A DNA stretch of 64,000 nt from Rebecca billardiae RCC1528 (GCA_965240325.2 OZ251231.1:744001-808000), one strand, 5' to 3'. Counted from the stretch's first letter, positions 32,969-43,987 are shown. Program-made: numbers and translations. The notes: generated by a model from the sequence alone, not told the origin.

Positions 32969-34197
32969 GCAGTAGCCTGCGGTTGGCGCGTTAAGCTGAG
33001 CCAAATCGAAGCGGCGGGCGTGAAGGTGGGTTCCGGTGAGGTGGTTCCCCCACGTCGTCGCGATGAGCACGCTCGCCACCGGACTTTGCCGAGGTTGTCG
33101 AGGTTGCCGAGGTGTCGACGTTGGCGAAAACGTAGCAACCGACCCATCCGACCTCAAAGGTATTGTGTCCTTCTGTGGGCCCTTCTGGGTGTGAGGGGGG
33201 CCTCCCCCGGGGCCCCGCCGGCCCGAGGCGAAGAAATTTTTTGGCCCTTTTTGGCGCGCTTTCCTACCGGAACAGAACAGCATCGCCGAAGGCGCGCGCC
33301 CAAGACGATGGCGGCGCTGGATTCCGCCCCGCGGCCAAGCCGTGCGTTGTGCGCGTACGTGCAACAGAGAGCGCTGGTGGGCTGGCAGCGCGCTGGCACG
33401 CCATGTGTCTTCGTGCTACGGTCCGTGCTCAATCCAACCGCGACGGCAGGCAGACGCGGTGGCGCGGCGTCCGCGCCGCTCCCGGCCGTTGCGGGCTTGG
33501 TCAGCCCAGAGCGCACCGGTTGCGCTCGCCACGCGGTGGCATGGCAGTGGCCGAGCTTGGGCCGGGCTGGGGCGTCAGCTTGGGTGGGCACTTTGCGAGC
33601 AGCGACGCGCCGACCACCCTAGGCAGGGTGCCGCTCATGAATACCGAGTCGGCGGCCGAGTCCCTGGCAGGGGCGACGATTGCGGTCGCCAGTCCGCGGA
33701 CGGCACGGTGGGCCGCGCCGACACGAGGCAGGTGCGGTGGCCCCTGGGCAGGCGCATATCGTGAGGTGGTGGATACGTGATGAAGACTACTATGATATGA
33801 AGGTCACTCCCTGCGCCGCAGGCGCGCTCTCCAGAGTTCTGGTACCACTTGCTACACTGTGACAGCCACGGCCCGGGCCCGCGGCGCGCGCCTGCGCGAA
33901 GCACCCAACCATGGGCCTGCTGAAGTCGGGGTGCCTGCACCCCGCCCCCTGCGGCTGCAGCCTGCCAGCCTAGAGCTTGAGCAGGTTGCACCCCCCCCCC
34001 CCCTGCAGCCCATCAGCCCTTCGAGCAGGGTGCACCTACCCCCTACAGAAGGACATGGGGGGGGGGGCTTCAACATGACCGCAGTATCAGGGCTGCTCAG
34101 GGGAAGGAGTCATGGGGCTGCTCTAGTCTTGGCTGAACGAATCTTCCGGCGGCGCTACCATCGGCGACGGCTTCATGGGCGGTGACAGTTGGTTGGC

Positions 34198-34884
34198 GGG
34201 CGTCAATCTCGCCTGCCTGAGCTGTGTGCGTCTCTTATTCTTAGTCAACTACTGCTGTACAGTTTATTTGTTTTAATGTGCGTAAGGCTCACGGTGGCAG
34301 GTTGCAGCGCCATCCTTCAGGCTTCATCGCACGCTGACGCTCTCCGAACGGGCGTCGATCTCGCCTGCCTGAGCTGGGCATGCGAGTCTCTTATTCTTAG
34401 TAAACTGTAAGACTGCAGTTTACTATGTTTTCACGTGCACACTTGGTTAAGGCGTGATTGACGCCATCCAACACTGCACAAACTCAAAGACACCGCCACA
34501 AAACAGACCGGCGCAGCCCGCAGGTGTCTCGGTCAGTGGTTTGACTTCGAGGTTGGGTGGGGGTGGTGGTTGGTTGGGGGCTGGCCAGGGACAATTAATG
34601 AATTATAATTCAGCCAGCTGATAGGGCTGGAGACTTCGGCCGCCAGTCTGATCACCCGGAGCCCGTTATAAAGGCTTTTAATTAAAAAGGCAGGTGAGGC
34701 GGGGCGCGTTGTCGCACCTCCGATTTGGACTAAGAGTAAGAAGAAGAGACGCACACATCAGCTCAGGACAGTCAGGTAGGCGAGATTGACAGTACTGCGT
34801 CGAGTGCGTCGTCAATCTCGCCTGCCTGAGCTGCGTGCGTCTCTTATAATTATTCTTATTCGGATGATATTTCGTAAACTGTAC
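34198..34884. repeat. Four copies of a ~70-bp motif (34198, 34350 and 34811 forward; 34728-34790 inverted)
   Basis: Consensus GTCAATCTCGCCTGCCTGAGCTG.GTGCGTCTCTTATTCTTAGTAAACTG; each copy has different small insertions. Confidence 0.8.
34577..34691 (+). mobile_element. Second copy of the short structured SINE-like element, with an AT-rich internal insertion
   Basis: GGGGCTGGCCAGGG[insertion]TAGGGCTGGAGACTTCGGCCGCCAGTCTGATCACCCGGAGCCCGTTATAAAGG. Confidence 0.7.
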
Positions 34885-34992
34885 TCATTCTATGAAGTCA
34901 ATGATTTAACGACACAGCTCTCAGGACGGCGCAGGTCTCCTGATTCGTCGTCGGCAGTGCCCTGGGATCGTCGACACGAAGTCGGCGCTCAA

Positions 34993-35152
34993 GGGCGTTC
35001 CCGGGATCCTGCCACACGCTCCCGAAAAGCAAAGCCCCCCCTGGGGGGCTTTGCCTTTTTCCATATTCAATGTACCCGCTTCAAATGGACGAAGCCCGCC
35101 TCCAATAGGCAAGACGGTTCAATTTGGCGTATGACCGATGCGGGGAACGCCC
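34993..35152. mobile_element. 160-bp MITE (GGGCGTTCCC TIRs, PIF/Harbinger-like) with an internal 12-bp hairpin
   Basis: Absent from the paralogous site at ~42646. 10-bp perfect TIRs. Hairpin GCAAAGCCCCCC-CT-GGGGGGCTTTGC at 35029-35054. Confidence 0.75.
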
Positions 35153-35522
35153 CTAGTGGCAGAGCATACGGACCTGAATCAGTGAATGAACCGCGATCAA
35201 ATCGGGCTTGAGCGCGGCCTTGCTAAGCTGCTCCAGGGAGCGCGATCCACTCATCCACCTGCGCTGCGCGGCTCCGGCATGGACCTGCTGTGCGCCGAGC
35301 GAGGGCGAGGGTGCAGGTCCGGATGTCAGACGGCCGTCTCAGCCGCTGGGCCCTGGCGGGTGATCCGGCGGTGATGTAGTCGTCCCCGTGTGCCCTGCGC
35401 GGCCGCGTGCGGCGCTTGCCGCCTCTGCTCTGCCGTCTCAGCGCGCTCCGGGCGCTGTATGGCGGGCCGTAGGTCCGCCCCTTGTAGTGCCCGGGAAAAA
35501 GATAGGAAAAAGGAAATGAAAA

Positions 35523-38500
35523 AAGAAAATCGCCCCGCAGAGAAAAGAAAATCGCTTCGCTCACTACCGGGCGCCCTCGCAGCTCCCACTGGGGACGCTC
35601 GGCCGAAAACATCTCCCCGATGGCGCGGAGCGCATGGGCGGCGCGCGCCAAATCCAACGCCGGCGCGGACATCGCGCGAGGATTCCCTAGACGTGTTTTC
35701 GCCCGATTCGCGATTGCTGCCCTCGTCGTCTCGCGTGCAGGTCGAACGGGGGCTAAATCGACGCGTTTGGAGCGGTACGCTTGGCGCGTCGACACGATCG
35801 TGAGACCTGGGGCGATCCTCGCCCGACGTGCACGTCGAAAGCTCGCACCGGTCATAGCATCATGCGCTGCGCACGATGACCGCCTCGCGCGATCCACCGT
35901 CGCGCGTCGGGCTCGGTGCGAGAAAGCCCTCATCACGAGGCGTCTCGCGGGCGGGAAGCGCCATCGCACGCGACGCAAGATTTGGCGCGGCCTGCTGAAC
36001 TCGATCGCAGGAATCCGCGCACCGGACTCAGTCATTGCTCGCGGTCTGGTCCCTCAGACGAAGCCCACGTCCGGCCTGCATGGCCGACGGTGACCAATGC
36101 GACGGAAGCGCAGCGCCAACGGCGTACGACGCGCAGCGGACGCACCTCCCGGGTCTGTCGCCGTGGCAGCAACCGCGTCATCGCGAGTTGGCGACCCTCG
36201 CCGCAGCGCGACACAGACAAGCCCGTGATGCCATCCGCAGAGAGATGAAACGTCGAGCATGCAACATCGCCGCGCCATGGCCTCGTCCATGGCGCAGGCG
36301 CTGCGGGACGAGGCGGAAGTCGTCACGCCGGTGACGGTTGCGCTGCGATTCGTGTGCTCGCGTGAGCAGCGCTTGCCCACTCTCGATCGCGAGTGGCACA
36401 CGCTGTCGCTGTGCGCGCGCGCGCGCACAACCAACAGCTCCTCGTGCCGCCGAGCACGCGAGCGCCAGACCTGTCGAAGATGCGAAGAGCGACGACCGCG
36501 TGAACGTCAACGCGCTCGTGCTCAGCGTGGTGGCCGTGTACGACGTCAACGCGACCTGCGCCGAGCCCATCATGCCTGGAGCCGACATCGACAAGCATCC
36601 TCGCGACGACCGCTCTCGGCTGGCGGCAGGAGGACATGCACATGATCTACTCTGGCGGCTTCGTCGGCGGCGAGGCGCTCGATTACGCCATCGCAGTCGA
36701 CATGCGGCACATACAGCGCGTACCCGCGCTCGCGCGGAGCAACGGGCTACCCGCCCCGCCCCGCGTGCTGCACATTCCCTCGTGGGTGTGGGCCTCGCTG
36801 ATGCGCATACAATACTCTAAGAGTACTGAGACCGTGAAACGTGTGTACATCACGTCGGGGAGCCAGCAACTTCACGTGTCACTGGTCCTTGCACTCGACT
36901 GTCCGTCACCCACGGCCACGAGCGAATGTGGAAAGACGCGAATTTAACCCGCAAAGGATACATTGCGACAGCACTGGCACGGCCCGCCGACCCCCCCGCC
37001 CGCCAGGGCACAGTTTAAAATTTAAAAAACTGTGCCCTGGCGGGCGGGGGGGTCGGCGGGCCGTGCCAGTGCTGTCGCAATGTATCCTTTGCGGTTTCGC
37101 GTCTTTCCACATTCGCTCGTGGCCGTGGGTGACGGACAGTCGAGTGCAAGGACCAGTGACACGTGAAGTTGGCTCCCCGACGTGATGTACACACGTTTCA
37201 CGGTCTCAGTACTCTTAGAGTATTGTATGCGCATCAGCGAGGCCCACACCCACGAGGGAATGTGCAGCACGCGGGGCGGGGCGGGTAGCCCGTTGCTCCG
37301 CGCGAGCGCGGGTACGCGCTGTATGTGCCGCATGTCGACTGCGATGGCGTAATCGAGCGCCTCGCCGCCGACGAAGCCGCCAGAGTAGATCATGTGCATG
37401 TCCTCCTGCCGCCAGCCGAGAGCGGTCGTCGCGAGGATGCTTGTCGATGTCGGCTCCAGGCATGATGGGCTCGGCGCAGGTCGCGTTGACGTCGTACACG
37501 GCCACCACGCTGAGCACGAGCGCGTTGACGTTCACGCGGTCGTCGCTCTTCGCATCTTCGACAGGTCTGGCGCTCGCGTGCTCGGCGGCACGAGGAGCTG
37601 TTGGTTGTGCGCGCGCGCGCGCACAGCGACAGCGTGTGCCACTCGCGATCGAGAGTGGGCAAGCGCTGCTCACGCGAGCACACGAATCGCAGCGCAACCG
37701 TCACCGGCGTGACGACTTCCGCCTCGTCCCGCAGCGCCTGCGCCATGGACGAGGCCATGGCGCGGCGATGTTGCATGCTCGACGTTTCATCTCTCTGCGG
37801 ATGGCATCACGGGCTTGTCTGTGTCGCGCTGCAGCGAGGGTCGCCAACTCGCGATGACGCGGTTGCTGCCACGGTGACAGAACCGGGAAGTGCGTCCGCT
37901 GCGCGTCGTACGCCGTTGGCGCTGCGCTTCCGTCGCATTGGTCACCGTCGTCGACGCCATCGGCAGGCCGGACGTGGGCTTCGTCTGAGGGACCAGACCG
38001 CGAGCAATGACTGAGTCCGGTGCGCGGATTCCTGCGATCGAGTTCAGAAGGCCGCGCCAAATCTTGCGTCGCGTGCGATGGCGCTTCCCGCCCGCGAGAC
38101 GCCTCGTGATGAGGGCTTTCTCGCACCGAGCCCGACGCGCGACGGTGGATCGCGCGAGGCGGTCATCGTGCGCAGCGCATGATGCTATGGCCGGTGCGAG
38201 CTTTCGACGTGCACGTCGGGCGAGGATCGCCCCAGGTCTCACGATCGTGTCGACGCGCCAAGCGTACCGCTCCAAACGCGTCGATTTAGCCCCCGTTCGA
38301 CCTGCACGCGAGACGACGAGGGCAGCAATCGCGAATCGGGCGAAAACACGTCTAGGGAATCCTCGCGCGGTGTCCGCGCCGGCGTTGGATTTGGCGCGCG
38401 TGGCCCACGCGCTCCGCGCCACCCGGTACTGTGTTTTCGGCCGAGCGTCCCCAGTGGGAGCTGCGAGGGCGCCCGGTAGGTAGTGAGCGAAGCGATTTTC

Positions 38501-38524
38501 TTTTCTCTGCGAGGCGATTTTCTT
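35523..38524. repeat. ~3 kb palindrome: two ~1.5 kb arms with a 10-nt A/T-only centre (37017-37026)
   Basis: 35523-37016 is near-identical to the reverse complement of 37027-38524; the ORF track shows mirrored ORFs. Confidence 0.92.
36597..36947 (+). pseudogene. Possible degenerate Ulp1/C48 peptidase-like fragment (mirrored at ~37022-37437; deleted copy near 42340-42500)
   Basis: EDMHMIYSGGFVGGEALDYAIAV...RVLHIPSWVWASLM...VKRVYITSGSQQLHVSLVL loosely fits the N-terminal Ulp1 pattern. Frameshifted, and no catalytic Cys motif was seen. Confidence 0.28.
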
Positions 38525-38572
38525 ATGGCGGGCCGTAGGCTTATCCCACAAACCCACGGGAGGCGCTCGGCT

Positions 38573-38632
38573 TGAAAGAGCTCCCGGACCACAGCGATCT
38601 CCTGAGATCGCTGTGGTCCGGGAGCTCTTTCA
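38573..38632. repeat. Perfect 29-bp-arm hairpin with 2-nt centre
   Basis: TGAAAGAGCTCCCGGACCACAGCGATCTC-CT-GAGATCGCTGTGGTCCGGGAGCTCTTTCA. Confidence 0.95.
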
Positions 38633-38643
38633 TACTGTTCGCG

Positions 38644-39764
38644 CAAGGGCGGTAAGGGCTGTCAACTCCCAGTGGCGCCGAGTGGCGGAGGTTCCGTGCC
38701 CCTCAACTCGTGCGGCCTCGCGGCGCAGCGGCTAAGTCTCCTGGGGCGCCGCCCTGGAGGGCGCGTGGGGTGCGCACGCCGCGGGCTCCTGCGCCCGCGG
38801 CAGCGGCCGCGGACACGGCGCGCGTGGTTGGTCGCCTACTAGACAGCACGTAGTACCCTCCCACGCCGCGCGCCGCGCTTGCCGGTGCCCTCGCCGTGCC
38901 TCAGGCCAGCCGCGCACGCGCGCCGCGCCAATGGCCAGCCGTGGCCACGAGCCAGCCGCCGGCGCGCGCGCGGTGCGCGGTGCGGTCGGCGCAGGTCGGG
39001 CGCGCGCCCGGGGCGAGGCTCGCGTATGATGGGCGCGCGTCATGCCGCCTCGCGCCGCCACCCACGAGCTTGATCACGTTGCACGCGGCTGCTGAAGAGT
39101 GCTCGTCGAGCATTCCTCGGCCATCAGAAATGAGCTTGGATAAGTGGTTGTGAGCGCATCAGTGCGACGAACGCGGGTACTCGGGGACTTGCTTGCCATG
39201 ACACGAGGCTGGCCGTGCACATATTAGTGGTCTGCGCTTGTCTATCACGCGTCGCTGCCGTCCCATGATCGTCTCAACGTGAGCATTTTCAAACATGGCA
39301 ATGCACACTCGACAGCATGTAAACGCGTGCGCGCCGACCCATGCGGGCGTCAGCGCGGCGGCGCGAGGCGGCATGACGCGCGCCCATCATACGCGAGCCT
39401 CGCCCCGGGCGCGCGCCCGACCCGCGCCGACCGCACCGCGCACCGCGCGCGCGCCGGCGGCTGGCTCGTGGCCACGACTGGCCATTGGCGCGGCGCGCGT
39501 GCGCGGCTGGCCTGAGGCACGGCGAGGGCACCGGCAAGCGCGGCGCGCGGCGTGGGAGGGTACTACGTGCTGTCTAGTAGGCGACCAACCACGCGCGCCG
39601 TGTCCGCGGCCGCTGCCGCGGGCGCAGGAGCCCGCGGCGTGCGCACCCCACGCGCCCTCCAGGGCGGCGCCCCAGGAGACTTAGCCGCTGCGCCGCGAGG
39701 CCGCACGAGTTGAGGACCTCCGCCACTCGGCGCCACTGGGAGTTGACAGCCCTTACCGCCCTTG
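38644..39764. mobile_element. Foldback element with ~410-bp arms, CAAGG...CCTTG ends and 7-bp TSD (P/Galileo-like)
   Basis: Arms 38644-39059 and 39357-39764. Exact direct repeat GTTCGCG at 38637-38643 and 39765-39771. Confidence 0.85.
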
Positions 39765-41267
39765 GTTCGCGCGTGCGCGGGGTGGGCGCTCTGCCGACCG
39801 GGACCGGCGGTGAGCCCGCGGGAAGCGACGTGCGCCGCGGTTGCGCGCGCTGAACGCGCATCTTGGCACCTCGCGCGCTCGTCACGCACGCGCTAGTGAC
39901 AGATCACTACCGCATGCGTCACCTCTTCGTCCGCCAAGCCTGCTCCTTGGGCGCTCGCTTCGCGTCATCGGTCAGAGCGGCGCTGTGCGAGCCGAATGTC
40001 AGCTTGGCCGGGCCGATTGCCGCAAGCGCACATCGGCATCGTGCACGGAGGAAGCGGCACTGATGCTGCGCGTGTGCCTGTCCTTGTTGATAATGTTGCC
40101 ATCTGCTGCGCCATGCAACGCGTCGACGCGGCTCACCTGACACGGGCAGCCCAACTTGTTCCTTGGCACTCAGCTGGTCTGATGATCAGCGAAGGCGGAT
40201 CTGTCGTTCACACACGCGCGCTGCCTGATGCGTCTATGGTCAGCGCCGCGCGGCATGGCGATAAACAAGTCAGCACGTGAGTCAACTCTCCCGCCCGCTA
40301 CGCAGTGCTATGATGACTGCTCGATCAGTCATCATAGCACCCCCGGACCAGCAGCCGCGGCGATGGGCGAGGCCGGCACCCACCGTCGACGCGCCGAAGA
40401 CCGAGTCTGCGCTCGCGTCGGCGATGAAGTGCTCGGTCAAGACGGAGACGCGCGGGCGCTCTATGGTGCCGGCTCAGGACAGCTGTTGGCACGACGGCCG
40501 TCTCGGCCAGGCTGAACGCGCACGCGACGACGACGCGGCGGTGGATCTTGACCTGACGGTGGCGAGCGACGGACCGTCGTCTGGTCGGACGTGAGTCGGC
40601 GGCGCGGTCGCTGACGATGTCTGACGTATAGCTGATTCTGACGCTGAGTGATGACGGGTGAGCGCGACAGGTTGCTGACGATGCGTGTATACAAACACGG
40701 CGGTGTGTGTAGTCGTATGCCGCGGCGGCGAAGTCTGACAGCAGCAGCATAGTACTTAGTCTCACCATGTGCGCCCAGCAGTCAGCATCAATCAGCAATC
40801 AGACATCGTCAATCTCTGACCAGCCCGCAGCCTACGGAATCCGCCATTTTGGCCGGTTTTGCTCGAAACATCCATACCTTGACACCGGTGGGAGAACGAG
40901 CCTGTTGCAGGTGCCGAACCCGCGTTTGCCGCCGAGCACGTCCGCGCACGCCAGCAAGCGGGCGTTGCGCATCCACGCCAAACACATGCGCACCAGGCAG
41001 ACGCGAGAACTCGCCCTTAAAAGCCCTCCTGCGCGCGCGCGCGCGCGTTGCGGCGCGGCGGGCGGGCGGGCGTGATGCGTTGCACGCAAAGCAGATGGTG
41101 CCTGCGCGCGGCGAGGGCGGTGAGGGAGGGCGGGAGCGCGCGCGAATGAGGCCGGTAGGTGTCCTGACCCGCGCCCGCAGCGCGCGCGCACCCGCAGCGG
41201 CCGTATGTGAGCGAACGAGCGCGCCGCGCGTGGCCGCCATCGTGTCGCTGCCCGGCTGGGGGCGCCG

Positions 41268-43713
41268 CCCGTGGGTTTGTGGGATAAGCCGTAGGTCCGC
41301 CCCTGTAGTGCCCGGGAAAAAGATAAGAAAAAGAAAAGAAAAAAGAAAATCGCCTCGCCAAGAAAAGAAAATCGCTTCGCTCACTACCGGGCGCCCTCGC
41401 AGCTCCCACTGGGGACGCTCGGCCGAAAACCATCTGGCGCCTGGCGCGGAGCGCATGGGCCGCGCGCGCCAGATCCAACGCCGGCGCGGACACCGCGCGA
41501 GGATTCCCTAGACGTGTTTTCGCCCGATTCGCGATTGCTGCCCTCGTCGTCTCGCGTGCAGGTCGAACGGGGGCTAAATCGACGCGTTTGGAGCGGTACG
41601 CTCGGCGCGTCGACACGATCGTGAGACCTGGGGCGATCATCGCCCGACGTGCACGTCGAAAGCTCGCACCGGCCATAGCATCATGCGCTGCGCACGATGA
41701 CCGCCTCGCGCGATCCACCGTCGCGCGTCGGGCTCGGTGCGAGAAAGCCCTCATCACGAGGCGTCTCGCGGGCGGGAAGCGCCATCGCACGCGACGCAAG
41801 ATTTGGCGCGGCCTGCTGAACTCGATCGCCGGAATCCGCGCACCGGACTCAGTCATTGCTCGCGGTCTGGTCCCTCAGACGAAGCCCACGTCCGGCCTGC
41901 ATGGCGTCGACGGTGACCAATGCGACGGAAGCGCAGCGCCAACGGCGTACGACGCGCAGCGGAGGCACCTTCCGGGTCTGTCGCCGTGGCAGCAACCGCG
42001 TCTTCGCGAGTTGGCGACCCTCGCCGCAGCGCGACACAGACAAGCCCGTGATGCCATCCACACAGAGATGAAACGTCGAGCATGCAACATCGCCGCGCCA
42101 TCCTCGTCCATGGCGCAGGCGCTGCGGGACGAGGCGGAAGTCGTCACGCCGGTGACGGATGCGCTGCGACTCGTGTGCCCGCGTGAGCAGCGCTTGCCCA
42201 CTCTCGATCGCGAGTGGCACACGCTGTCGCTGTGCGCGCGCGCGCGCACAACCAACAGCTCCTCGTGCCGCCGAGCACGCGAGCGCCAGACCTGTCGAAG
42301 AGGCGAAGAGCGACGACCGCGTGAACGTCAACGCGCTCGTGATTCCCTCGTGGGTGTGGGCCTCGCTGATGGAGTGATGCGCATACTACTAAGAGTACAG
42401 ACCGTGAGACGTGTGTACACGTCGGAGAGCCAACAATTCATGGTCACACTGGTCCTTGCACTCGACTGTCCGTCACCCACGGCCACGAGCGAATGTGGAA
42501 AGCAGACGCGAACCCGCAAAGGATACATTGCGACAGCACTGGCACGGCCCGCCGACCCATTCTATGATTTAACGACACAGGTAGGACGGCGCAGGTCTCC
42601 TGATTCGTCGTCGGCAGTGCCCGATCGTCGACACGAAGTCGGCGCTGGTGGCAGAGCATAGCCTGAACCGCGATCGAATGGCTTGAGCGCGGCCTTGAGC
42701 TGCTGGAGCGCGATCCACCTGCGCTGCGCGGCTCGCATGGACCTGCTGTGCCCCGAGCGAGGGCGAGGGTGCAGGTCCGGATGTCAGACGGCCGTCTCAG
42801 CCGCTGGGCCCTGGCGGGTGATCCGGCGGTGATGTAGTCGTCCCCGTGTGCCCTGCGCGGCCGCGTGCGCGCTTGCCGCTCTGCTCAGCTGGCTTGCTGG
42901 CGGCGGCTGGCGCTGCTGCGGCGTGCAGGGTACGCTTTGCCCCCGACTGCTGCGCATCCTCGTCGTCCGAGTCGTCGTCCATGGACGAGTCTCGGTCCGC
43001 GTGGGGGACAGCAGCTGGAGCAGGCGCAGGTGCTGCGGGCAGAGAGGCCGCCAGCCGCGCCGCCTTGCGCTCCTGGCGTTTCTCGACGGCGCGCCGCGAC
43101 GAGGTGCGGCGGCTCGATGGAGATCGAATCCGCCTGCCTTGCGCGTCACGCCGAGGCCCGCGCTTCCCGCGCCGAGGCTTCTTCTTCCGCTTCTGAGAGT
43201 GCTGCTGCTCGCCGTTTGCAGCCTGCACTCCAGTACCCGAGCCCTGCGCGGCGAGCGCGCGCGCCGGCGGAGCCGACTTGCGCGCTCGGCGCGGGGCGGG
43301 ATGCAGGGGAGCTTTAGAAGGCGCGCCACCACCTCCCTCGCGCCGCTGGCTGCCACCAGCGGGGGTTCCCTGTGGAGAAGCATCAGGCCCTTGTGCATCA
43401 GGCGGACGCACAGACACCGTCAGACGGACACTCCCATCTGGCAGGAGGGAGATGTGCACCGCGCGCGGGAGGCCGTCGGCGGCGGTGAGCCTTGCTGCGT
43501 CACGCCAAAGGCGGACGTAGAGGCGCACCCAACGATCCGACAGCCCCTCGGGCAGCAGCGCAGTCACGTCGAGGTCGTCCATGCGAGCGTCGCCATGTAC
43601 ACGTGGACCCCCGCCCGCCAGGGCACAGTTTTTCATTTCTTTTTCTTACGTATCTTTTTCCCGGGCACTACAAGGGGCGGACCTACGGCCCGCCAAACTT
43701 TGAGACTGCTGAG
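41268..43713. mobile_element. TIR element (third copy of the palindrome-arm sequence) carrying a ~1.05 kb extra segment
   Basis: 41288-41345 (GCCGTAGGTCCGCCCC.TGTAGTGCCCGGGAAAAAGATA...) is inverted at 43630-43689. 41345-42557 matches the palindrome arm. 42559-42886 matches 34887-35430. Confidence 0.75.
42797..43582 (-). CDS. Element-borne hypothetical protein with basic NLS-like and acidic tracts
   Basis: ATG 43582. Compact N-terminal domain (MDDLDVTALLP...VRLTVSVRP), then KRKKKPRRGKR and DDDSDDED. No recognised family. Confidence 0.5.
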   Translation of the reverse strand: MDDLDVTALLPEGLSDRWVRLYVRLWRDAARLTAADGLPRAVHISLLPDGSVRLTVSVRPPDAQGPDASPQGTPAGGSQRREGGGGAPSKAPLHPAPRRARKSAPPARALAAQGSGTGVQAANGEQQHSQKRKKKPRRGKRGPRRDAQGRRIRSPSSRRTSSRRAVEKRQERKAARLAASLPAAPAPAPAAVPHADRDSSMDDDSDDEDAQQSGAKRTLHAAAAPAAASKPAEQSGKRARGRAGHTGTTTSPPDHPPGPSG

Positions 43714-43987
43714 TGAATAACTTATTTGATAGTCAAAGGCTGACGGACCCGTATATTCTAGTCCTTAAAATGATGCCGAGCAGGAGCTGTCTGCCGCACT
43801 GCTGGCGGCACTACTGCGGTTCCGACCGGCCCGAGTGTGAGTCCGCGACAGTGTGACTGTGAGAGTCGGTTGCCGGCCGCACTCTCCGCTTAGGACCGCT
43901 GGCAGCTCCGCCGCTCCGCGGGCCCCGGACGGCTCCGGGCTGCCTCCGCATCTCGAGCACGGTAGTAGTACTCTTCCGTACTAGTAA

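Larger units (their letters stand above)
27243..33162 (+). mobile_element. Tandem duplication of a ~3 kb composite element (27243-30241 and 30242-33162) with subterminal 9-10 bp repeats
   Basis: Two near-identical units. Each has end motif A (AGCTTA..TACGTTTGTTGC...CAACCTCG/GACATTCCTC repeats) at its start and again ~1.9 kb in, plus an inverted related motif (CGAGGTTG repeats...CAAAGGTA) at its end. Confidence 0.85.

Noticed and set aside
27243-33162. Helitron call based on the helicase
   Set aside because: The helicase is UvrD/FBH1-like rather than PIF1, there is no HUH Rep domain, and the ends are inverted repeats.
33680-33862. Tudor-like fragment (IVRWWIRDEDYYD)
   Set aside because: Too short and has no supporting open frame or splice structure.
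35025-35060. Rho-independent terminator or Helitron 3' hairpin
   Set aside because: This is eukaryotic DNA, the hairpin lies inside a TIR-bounded MITE and no CTRR end follows closely.
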